Assembly: GCA_963803435.1 (NCBI GenBank)
Contig: CAWDML010000001.1
Coordinates: 1,376,001-1,440,000 of the forward strand
Origin: an uncultured delta proteobacterium
GTDB taxonomy: Bacteria > Myxococcota > Kuafuiibacteriia > Kuafuiibacteriales > Kuafuiibacteriaceae
Direction of reading: 5' to 3'
DNA length: 64,000 nt
The translations under genes were made by a program, and so were the position numbers. The notes below the pieces were generated by a model. The model saw only the letters and a list, made by a program, of their open reading frames with translations, was not told where the DNA came from and did no database searches. Each line of letters opens with the position of its first letter. The stretch's first letter is position 1. Positions 48,939 to 56,382 of the stretch are shown one piece after another.

Positions 48939-50276
48939 GTGGTCAGCTTCAGCGGCGTCGGGTCGGGTCTCGACCTCTCATCGGTAGTCGACAGCCTGGT
49001 GGCCGCCGAGCGCACTCCAATCGCGGGTCTCACCACACGTAAGAACGCTACCAACACGCAGGTCTCGACGCTCGGCGACCTCATCACCAAGATGACGGCG
49101 CTCGCCTCCAAGGCGAAGGAGCTGGACTCCTCGAGCGAGCTGACCACCCTCAAGGTCGCCAGCGCCAAGGAGTCGCGCGTCACCGCCACGGTGACCGGCG
49201 ACGCCGCACCCGCCAATTACTCCATCCGCGTGAACGCCCTCGCGACCACGCAATCCAACAAGTCGAACCTGTTCACCACCAAGGACCCGGTCGGGATCGG
49301 GAACCTCGGCATCACGGTGGGGACGGACACGACCATCAACGTCGCGATCGACGACACCATGTCGCTCGACGACATCGCCATCGCGATCAACGCCTCGGAG
49401 GCCCGCGTCACCGCCAGCGTCGTCGACGACGGGACCGGCTACCGCCTGCTGGTCACCGGGAAGGACCCAGGCGCCAAGAACGCGATCACCTTCAACGAGG
49501 AGGTCGGCGTCTCGCTCGGCCTCGGCAGCGGCGTCGTCCGGAGCGCCTCCGACGCGGAGGTCGAGATCGACGGCCTCACCATCAAGAGGGACTCCAACCA
49601 CATCAGCGACCTGTTCCCCGGCCTCACGCTCGATCTCCACTCGCTCTCGACCGCGGGCGAAGAGGACGCGATCATCTCCGTCGAGCGCGATCAGAACGGG
49701 CTGCGCGAGAAGGTTCAGAGCTTCGTCGACGCCTACAACGACGTCGCCAAGGTCCTCTACAGTCAGCTCCACAAGGACCCCAGCTCGACCGACCAGGTCT
49801 CCAAGAGTCAGCTCCTGGGTGACTCGGCGCTCCGCGGGCTCCAGCGCCAGCTCGGCAACCTCACCAGCGGCGCCTACGCCCACGACGGCAGCAACATCTC
49901 GTTCGGCTCGCTCGGGATCAGTCTGTCCGCGGACGGGTCGCTCTCGATCGACGCCGCCAAGTTCGACCAGGTCACCGGCGCCGATCCGACCGCGCTCTCC
50001 GACCTGTTCGCGGGCGGTGCCGACAGCCTCACCTCCCGGATCGCGGGCATCGTGAGCGACTACACCAAGTCGGGCACCGGCATCCTGGTCTCCAAGCGTG
50101 ACGGCCTCTCCTCGCGCATCGACGACTTCGACGATCAGATCGCGAAGATCGAGGACCGCGCCACCAAGCTGGGCGATCGCATGCGCAGCACCTTTACCGC
50201 GCTCGACCAGACGGTGAGCGCTCTTCAAACGCAGCAGAGCCAGCTGATGGCGACGCTCTTCGGGCAGGCATCATGA
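48939..50276 (+). CDS. fliD: Flagellar filament cap FliD
   Basis: GVGSGLD, FVDAYN, LLGDSALR, FTALD. Confidence 0.93.
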   Translation: MVSFSGVGSGLDLSSVVDSLVAAERTPIAGLTTRKNATNTQVSTLGDLITKMTALASKAKELDSSSELTTLKVASAKESRVTATVTGDAAPANYSIRVNALATTQSNKSNLFTTKDPVGIGNLGITVGTDTTINVAIDDTMSLDDIAIAINASEARVTASVVDDGTGYRLLVTGKDPGAKNAITFNEEVGVSLGLGSGVVRSASDAEVEIDGLTIKRDSNHISDLFPGLTLDLHSLSTAGEEDAIISVERDQNGLREKVQSFVDAYNDVAKVLYSQLHKDPSSTDQVSKSQLLGDSALRGLQRQLGNLTSGAYAHDGSNISFGSLGISLSADGSLSIDAAKFDQVTGADPTALSDLFAGGADSLTSRIAGIVSDYTKSGTGILVSKRDGLSSRIDDFDDQIAKIEDRATKLGDRMRSTFTALDQTVSALQTQQSQLMATLFGQAS

Positions 50277-50671
50277 ATCTCACCAAGGCTGCCGCCGCCT
50301 ACCGGCGCACGCACGTCGCGAGCTCACCCGGGCGCATCCTCGAGGCGCTCCTCCGCCGGCTCAGGAGGGACCTCGAGGACGCCAAGGGTGCGATCGAGGT
50401 GAAGGACTTCGCCGGCAAGGGAAAGGCGATCAGCCACGCCCTGGCGATCCTCGGCGAGCTCGACGCCGCCCTCGATCACGCGTCGGCGCCCGAGCTCTGC
50501 GGGAGCCTGGCGTCGCTCTACGGCTTCGTCGAGCAGCGCCTGGTCGCCGCGAGCGCGCGTATGGATCCGGGCCTGATCGACGAGGCCGGGCGCGTCCTCT
50601 CGACCCTCGAAGAGGCGTTCTGCGCTGCGCTGTCGGGCGCGAGCGGCGAGAGCGGGGAGGCCTCCACGTGA
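50273..50671 (+). CDS. fliS: Flagellin chaperone FliS
   Basis: AY, SP, AILGELDAALD, LASLYGF. Confidence 0.9.
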   Translation: MNLTKAAAAYRRTHVASSPGRILEALLRRLRRDLEDAKGAIEVKDFAGKGKAISHALAILGELDAALDHASAPELCGSLASLYGFVEQRLVAASARMDPGLIDEAGRVLSTLEEAFCAALSGASGESGEAST

Positions 50672-51006
50672 AGGACCGACGACGTGCACTCCTGAACCAG
50701 CTCCTCGAGGAGACCGGCTTTCCTCCGCCCGACGACGCACCCGCGGAAGAGATGCTCGAGAAGGCCCGCGCCATGGTCGAGCGCCGCGCGGTGATCGTCG
50801 AGGCCCTCAACGCCCTGGGCCCCGTCGAGGACCGTTCCGAAATCGAACGCGAGTGGGTCGCCCTGCGCGAGCGCGAGGATCTGTGGGCGAAACACATCCT
50901 CCGGGCGCGCGACGAGATCTCCCGCCGCCTCGACGCCATTCGCAGCCTTCCGCATCCGCACCGCTCGCCCGTCCGTAAGAGCATCGGCACCCGTCGCCGC
51001 GCCTGA
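50668..51006 (+). CDS. Hypothetical helical protein, FliT-like by position
   Basis: 112 aa, coupled to fliS. Confidence 0.5.
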   Translation: MKDRRRALLNQLLEETGFPPPDDAPAEEMLEKARAMVERRAVIVEALNALGPVEDRSEIEREWVALREREDLWAKHILRARDEISRRLDAIRSLPHPHRSPVRKSIGTRRRA

Positions 51007-51014
51007 AGGATGGG

Positions 51015-51042
51015 TTGACGCGCGACCGTCAGCCAGCCCGAC
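51015..51042 (+). promoter_or_regulatory. Putative upstream activator sequence, copy 3 (flhG2-fliA2)
   Basis: TTGACGCGCGACCGTCAGCCAGCCCGAC, 68 bp upstream of the sigma54 box. Confidence 0.7.
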
Positions 51043-51082
51043 ACTCGAGCCTCTCCTGAATCGATGAACCTTCGCGATCGCT

Positions 51083-51098
51083 TGGTCCCTCGCTTGCA
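51083..51098 (+). promoter_or_regulatory. Sigma54 promoter (flhG2-fliA2)
   Basis: TGGTCCCTCGCTTGCA. Confidence 0.7.
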
Positions 51099-51115
51099 AT
51101 CTCGAGCGAGCGTCC

Positions 51116-51934
51116 ATGATGAGCGCAAAGGTCATCCCACTTCGGCCCCGGCGGCGCTTCCTCGCCGTCTCGGGAGGAAAGGGCGGCGTCGGTAAGAGCA
51201 CACTCGCCGTCAATCTCGCCCTCTCCTACGCCAGGCTCGGTCATCGCACCCTCGCCGTCGACGGCGACTTTGGGATGGCCGACCTCAACCTCCTTCTGGG
51301 GCTGGCGCCGGGAAAGAGCCTGCTCAACGTCGTCGAGGGCTCGTCCCTGGCCGACGTCCTGATCGAGCGGCACGGGATCCACGTCCTCCCCGGCGCGAAC
51401 GGCTGCTTCCGGCTCGCCAACCCGGACCGCTTCACCCGGCACCGGATCGCCGAGGTCCTCGCCGCCCTCCGGTCGCAGTTCGAGACCCTGGTCCTCGACA
51501 CGCCCGCCGGCATCGAGACGAACGCGATGGCCGTGACGGCGATGGCGGAGGACGTGCTGATCGTCGCCACGCCCGAGCCGCTGTCCCTCGCCGACGCCTA
51601 CTCCGCCATCAAGGTTCTCTCGCAGCAGCACGGCGTCGAACGCGTCTACCTGGTCCCCAATCAGGTGCGCTACGCCGAGCAGGGCGACGAGCTCGCCCAG
51701 CAGCTCTCTTCGCTCGTCACGCACTTCCTCGGCGTCGAGATCGTGGTCCTGCCCTCGATCCCGTACGACGCCCGGATGAGTCAGGCCGCGGTCGCCGGCG
51801 TCCCGCTGGTGCTCTCGCGACCCGATGCTCCGGTCAGCCGCGCCATCGCCCGGGTCGCCCGAGCGCTCGACGCCTGCGCCGTCCGCGCACCGACCCACGT
51901 CAACTCGAATTGCACCACGGAGGCCCTCCAATGA
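51116..51934 (+). CDS. flhG: FlhG/FleN ATPase, copy 2
   Basis: GGKGGVGKST, DGDFGMADLNLLLGLAP, ATPEPLSLADAY; closely similar to copy 1. Confidence 0.88.
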   Translation: MMSAKVIPLRPRRRFLAVSGGKGGVGKSTLAVNLALSYARLGHRTLAVDGDFGMADLNLLLGLAPGKSLLNVVEGSSLADVLIERHGIHVLPGANGCFRLANPDRFTRHRIAEVLAALRSQFETLVLDTPAGIETNAMAVTAMAEDVLIVATPEPLSLADAYSAIKVLSQQHGVERVYLVPNQVRYAEQGDELAQQLSSLVTHFLGVEIVVLPSIPYDARMSQAAVAGVPLVLSRPDAPVSRAIARVARALDACAVRAPTHVNSNCTTEALQ

Positions 51935-52668
51935 ACGCTCGCACCTCGACCCCGACCTCTCCCGACCGGCGCGCCCGCGAGCGCCTCATCTCCGAGCACG
52001 TCCCGATGGCGCGTCGCATCGCACGCAAGATGAGCCGCCGCGCCGACGCCGCCACCCGTGAGGACCTCGAGTCCAGCGCGATGATGGGCCTGGTGGAGGC
52101 CGCCAATCGCTACGACTTCGAGCGCCGCGAGCCCTTCGCCGCCTTCGCCTACCGGCGGATCCAGGGCGCCGTGCTCGACGGCATGCGCCGCAGCGACCTC
52201 CTCCCCCGCCGCGTTCGCTCCCTCGCGAACCGGACCGCACGCGTGATGGCGGAGCTCGAGCAGGAGCTCGGTCGCTCCCCCGAGCATTCCGAGGTGGCCC
52301 AGCGCCTCGACGTCTCCATGGAGCGCTACCAGCGCGAGATCCGTCTGCTCCCCGACGTCTGCTTCGTCGAGCTCACCTCCGACCTGGCGCCGGCGAACTC
52401 GCGCCCCGAAGAGGAGGCCGTCGACCAGGTCGAGCGCCGCCGCATGATCGAGAAGGTCAAGGCCGCCCTCATCACCCTGCCGGAGCGGGATCAGCAGATC
52501 CTCAGCCTGTACTACGCCGAGGACCTCACGTACCTCGAGATTGGCAAGATGCTCGGCGTCAGCGAGGCCCGCATCTGTCAGCTCCACGGCCGCGCCATCC
52601 GCAGGATCCGGAGCGAGATCGCCCGCGCCCGCTCGCGGCCCGCTCGGCGATCCGGTCAGAGCGTGTAG
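51931..52668 (+). CDS. fliA: FliA/WhiG-family sigma factor, copy 2
   Basis: MARRIAR, MMGLVEAANRYDF, LYYAEDLTYLEIG, SEARICQLH. Confidence 0.9.
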   Translation: MNARTSTPTSPDRRARERLISEHVPMARRIARKMSRRADAATREDLESSAMMGLVEAANRYDFERREPFAAFAYRRIQGAVLDGMRRSDLLPRRVRSLANRTARVMAELEQELGRSPEHSEVAQRLDVSMERYQREIRLLPDVCFVELTSDLAPANSRPEEEAVDQVERRRMIEKVKAALITLPERDQQILSLYYAEDLTYLEIGKMLGVSEARICQLHGRAIRRIRSEIARARSRPARRSGQSV

Positions 52669-53114
52669 AGCTGGAGCACGAAGGTCCGCTGGGCCTCGAG
52701 AAAGATCAGCACGCCGGTCGAGAACGGTGGATGGAGGAACTCGGTGGGATCCACCCGCCGGCCTCCATCGAGCGCGCCGGCGGTCTCTGTCGGGAACCAG
52801 GGCCGAGGCTCGATCCGCACCGCGCCCGAGGGCGGAGGGTGCGAGGAGGCCTTCTCCAGGATCGCGCGCGTGTCCTCGTCGTTGAAGGTGAGGACGGCCG
52901 TGGCGAGGTAATCCGTGGGCCCGGGCGCGAAGCCTCCCTGGTGGCCGCGCGCCGATACGGTCCACCGCACCTCGAGCGGCGTGGCCGGCAATCGAGCCAC
53001 CTTGGCGAGCCCGGCGAGGTCGCGCCTCGGGCGCTCCGCGGCGGGCTCTGCTCGACAGCCCGTCGCGGCGCCGATCGCCATCGCGATCAGCAGGGCCTGG
53101 GCGCGCCGTCTCAT
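52656..53114 (-). CDS. Small lipoprotein, candidate immunity protein
   Basis: Lipobox ATGC; ATGA-coupled to the upstream gene. Confidence 0.65.
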   Translation of the reverse strand: MRRRAQALLIAMAIGAATGCRAEPAAERPRRDLAGLAKVARLPATPLEVRWTVSARGHQGGFAPGPTDYLATAVLTFNDEDTRAILEKASSHPPPSGAVRIEPRPWFPTETAGALDGGRRVDPTEFLHPPFSTGVLIFLEAQRTFVLQLYTL

Positions 53115-54244
53115 GTTCGATTTCGTACCCGCCGGTTGTCGTCGGGCTGGCGGCCCGCGCCGCCGCCCGTGGACGTTGGCTGCACGTCACCTTGCCCCCA
53201 GCTCACCTGGCGGTCGAGGGTCCCATAGTTCATGTACTGGTGCGCGAGGCCCACCTTCTCGAAGCGGCCGTTCTCGGCGTCCATCGTCCCAGTGGCGATG
53301 TCGGCCGCGCCCGGGTTGAAGTTGTAGCGGTCCTCCATGTGGACCGTCATGTCCATATTGAACTGCGGCTTCCCGCCCGGCTCGGTCGGCGGCGTCACGG
53401 TCACCTTGGCGCTGTTCCAGATGTCGTGGGCGCCGATGGCCTTCTGCCAGTTCTCCGTCTCCGGGTAGGGATAGCCAGGATTGCCGCCGCCGACCGGGAT
53501 CGCCGAGCCGGTCATCTCGAACGTGACGGGCTTGCCCGCGAGGCTCGGATCCTTCGCGAGCATGTCGGAGTAGATCTGCTCGGCACCGAGCTGGGTGTCC
53601 CTGGTGGCGCTGTTCAGCATCACCTTGCCGCTCGGATCGCCGGCCACGTAGCGCTCGTAGTCAATCGTCCGATCTTTTCCGCCGCCGTCGAGGAAGTGGC
53701 GGTAAGCCGCCAGGCCGTCCGGGATGTCGTTGTGCGGCGCGCCCGGGACGCCCTGCGCCGCCTCCGCCAGCTCGAGCTGGCCGCGCCACTTCGCGAGGGC
53801 CAGGTAGTCGCCGGGGCCGGGCCGCGTGGTGGCGATCGGGTTCGGATCGTTCGGGTCGTTCGGGTTCTGCAGAAACCCGTTGTCGTGCTGGATCGGCGGT
53901 CGATTCGCGGGGCCCTGCGTGTAGGTGGCGTCGGTCGAGCTGCCCCCCGGTCCACCCGTCGGATTCTCCAGCGCGAGCGGCGTGGCGGCCGGCCAGCCTC
54001 CGTTCACCAGCTTGGCGTCGGTGCGCGCGCGGACCTGCGCGGTCACGGGATCCGCCGCGGTCTGTGTCCGCGCGTCGGCGGCGGTCTGGAGCGTCGGCTG
54101 GACGACCGGACCGGTGCTCGACTGATCGGGCACGACCGGATCCGTCTTGCCTTGAACGGGCTGCTGCGGATCGTCCTTTTTGAGGGGTTCGATCGTATGG
54201 GTGAGGGTTGGTTGGATCGTTCTGCGTTGTACTTCCTGTACCAT
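53111..54244 (-). CDS. Hypothetical protein: disordered N-terminus plus globular C-terminal domain (candidate effector)
   Basis: Q/T/P-rich N-terminus without a signal peptide; motifs YRHFL, ENWQKAIGAH, EDRYNFNPG. Confidence 0.7.
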   Translation of the reverse strand: MVQEVQRRTIQPTLTHTIEPLKKDDPQQPVQGKTDPVVPDQSSTGPVVQPTLQTAADARTQTAADPVTAQVRARTDAKLVNGGWPAATPLALENPTGGPGGSSTDATYTQGPANRPPIQHDNGFLQNPNDPNDPNPIATTRPGPGDYLALAKWRGQLELAEAAQGVPGAPHNDIPDGLAAYRHFLDGGGKDRTIDYERYVAGDPSGKVMLNSATRDTQLGAEQIYSDMLAKDPSLAGKPVTFEMTGSAIPVGGGNPGYPYPETENWQKAIGAHDIWNSAKVTVTPPTEPGGKPQFNMDMTVHMEDRYNFNPGAADIATGTMDAENGRFEKVGLAHQYMNYGTLDRQVSWGQGDVQPTSTGGGAGRQPDDNRRVRNRT

Positions 54245-54345
54245 CCGCTCGACGTTATCGAGCGCAACCGAGGGGCTCGCTTACGTAAGCGATATGCAAG
54301 GAAGCCGACGTGCAGACCGTCGGAAGGCGCACGAGGACACGTTCG

Positions 54346-56259
54346 TCAACGGCAGGACGTGTAGCGACCGCTGATGTACCCGATCGTCGTCCCCCAGCGG
54401 ATCCGGTACCAGGTCGCGTTGCCATCGACGAGCTCACCCGACACCGTCGCCAGCCGATCGACCGCCTGGTTGGACGCCAGCTGCGCGATCGCGTCGTGCG
54501 CGGTGTTGGGCCGCGGCCGCACGTTGAGCGCGCCCACGCCGGCCGCCAGCTCCAGCTCGGCGCAGGGGCGCGCGCCGGACTGCGGCGTCACGCGGACCGC
54601 GTCGAACTCGACACGGCGGCCGAGCGAGGACGACTCGCCGGTGTTGTCGTCGAGGCGGACCAGATAGCCGCCGCCGGCCACGAAGGGGAAGGTCCCCAGC
54701 TCGACGAAGCCGTCGCCGGTCGACTGATCCACGTAGACCTCCTCGACGCCCTGTGCGTGCGTGATGCGATAGCGCGCCTCGCGCGAGCTCAGGCTCGAGG
54801 CCGGGATGAACGCCTCGACCAGATAGGTGCCGGCACGCTCGAAGGACAGCGACCAGCGCGCGTAGTTCGTGGCCTGCTGGCTGGAGGTGGCGCCGGTCCA
54901 CACCAAGCCGCCGTCGTGCCCGCCCGACTCGGCCCTGAGATATTGGACCGGACCGCCCAGCTCGGCGCAGGAGTCGTCCTCCTCGATCGTGCCGCCCGCG
55001 GCGGAGAGCGGAGCGCAGATGTTGGGATCACCGGGCGTGGTCATCGCCGGCGTTACACTGAGAGCGTCGAACACGATCCGTCGATTAAGCGAAGAGGTCT
55101 CGCCGGTGTTGTCCACGATCCGCACCGTGTACGCGCGGGCGTCGAACGTGAAGGTGCCGAGCGACACGAACCCAGCGGCCGAGGATTGATCGACGATGAC
55201 CTCGTGGCTGCCGTCGCGATCGACGACCTCGTACTTAGTCTGCCGCGAGGTTCCGGTGGCGACGTAGGCCTCGAGCTGGTAGCTGCCGGCCGCGTCGAAG
55301 TCGAGCGTGTACACCGCGTAGTTGACGGTGCGGCTCGAGGCCGTCGCGCCGGTCCACACCAGCCCGCCGCCATGGCCCTGCGTGTCGGATCGCAGGTACT
55401 GCGTAGGACCGCCGAGCTCCACACACGCGCCGTCGTCCTCGATGATCCCACCGTTCAGCGGGATCTTCTCGCAGGGCTCGGCGGGCTGCGGCGGACGCCC
55501 GTCGACCGCGATCGCGTCGAGCTGCGCGAGGGTGCCGTTGAAGTAGTTGGTGTCGGTGCCGCTCGAGTTGATGCCGGCGATGTGGCCGCTCTCGGTGAAC
55601 TGATGGAACGTCCATCGCGACCAAGGCTCGGGGACCAGCGGGCACCCGGTCGTGTAGTGCGCCACCCAGAGCAGGTGATCGGTGCTGAACGAGGGCGCGC
55701 CCACCGAGTCGCGCCAGAAGTACGGGCCGGTGTAGATGATGGGCGTGACGCCGAGGACCGCCTCGATCCGGGCGATCCAGGCGCGGACCCGCTGCTGGAT
55801 CGTCGCCGCGGAGACGCCGCCGGTCGCCTCCACGTCGATCACCGGCGGGAGATCGCCGGGCTGGAGCGGGCCCATCAAGTTGATCAGCAAGTCAGCTTGC
55901 GCCACCGGGTCGAGGTTCGGCCGGAAGTACTGGTACACGCCGCGACGGATCCCGGCGCGCCGGGCCTCCGCCCAGTTGCGGGCGAACTTGCTGTCGACGT
56001 TGGCGAGCCCGTCGGACACGCGGATGAAGGCGAACTCGATGCCGTCGCCTGCGACGCGATCCCAGTCGATCGTCCCCTGGTAGTAGCTGACGTCGATGCC
56101 TTTGACCGTCGGTCCGCTCGCGCACTGCCGCTGCAACGCCTTCGAGTCCATCTCGATGTCGGGGACGTCACCGGCTCGCATCACCTCCCCCTCCTCCGGC
56201 TGGGGGAAGCAAGAAGCCACGAGCAGGATGAAGGGGAGCGATCGGAGAGCACGCGTCAT
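54346..56259 (-). CDS. GH25 muramidase lipoprotein with two repeated beta-sandwich domains and a C-terminal SH3b-like domain
   Basis: Lipobox VASC, GIDVSYYQG, PPVIDVE, LWVAHY, HQFT; ALNVR...WYRI...GYIS. Confidence 0.85.
   Translation of the reverse strand: MTRALRSLPFILLVASCFPQPEEGEVMRAGDVPDIEMDSKALQRQCASGPTVKGIDVSYYQGTIDWDRVAGDGIEFAFIRVSDGLANVDSKFARNWAEARRAGIRRGVYQYFRPNLDPVAQADLLINLMGPLQPGDLPPVIDVEATGGVSAATIQQRVRAWIARIEAVLGVTPIIYTGPYFWRDSVGAPSFSTDHLLWVAHYTTGCPLVPEPWSRWTFHQFTESGHIAGINSSGTDTNYFNGTLAQLDAIAVDGRPPQPAEPCEKIPLNGGIIEDDGACVELGGPTQYLRSDTQGHGGGLVWTGATASSRTVNYAVYTLDFDAAGSYQLEAYVATGTSRQTKYEVVDRDGSHEVIVDQSSAAGFVSLGTFTFDARAYTVRIVDNTGETSSLNRRIVFDALSVTPAMTTPGDPNICAPLSAAGGTIEEDDSCAELGGPVQYLRAESGGHDGGLVWTGATSSQQATNYARWSLSFERAGTYLVEAFIPASSLSSREARYRITHAQGVEEVYVDQSTGDGFVELGTFPFVAGGGYLVRLDDNTGESSSLGRRVEFDAVRVTPQSGARPCAELELAAGVGALNVRPRPNTAHDAIAQLASNQAVDRLATVSGELVDGNATWYRIRWGTTIGYISGRYTSCR
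54584..55475 (-). repeat. Tandem duplicated ~145-aa domain within the GH25 gene
   Basis: C...GG.IE.D..C.ELGGP.QYLR....GH.GGLVWTGAT...DNTGE.SSL.RR..FDA..VTP occurs twice. Confidence 0.8.
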
Positions 56260-56382
56260 CGTGCTGGGAAAATAGCGAGCCTCGTCGCCAACTTCTGTTG
56301 GTCAGGGTTCGATCGGAACTCCAATCGATGCGAGGTGTGCGTCGGTCGGCGTACGCTGGTTTTCCGGTGAGGCGGCCATACC

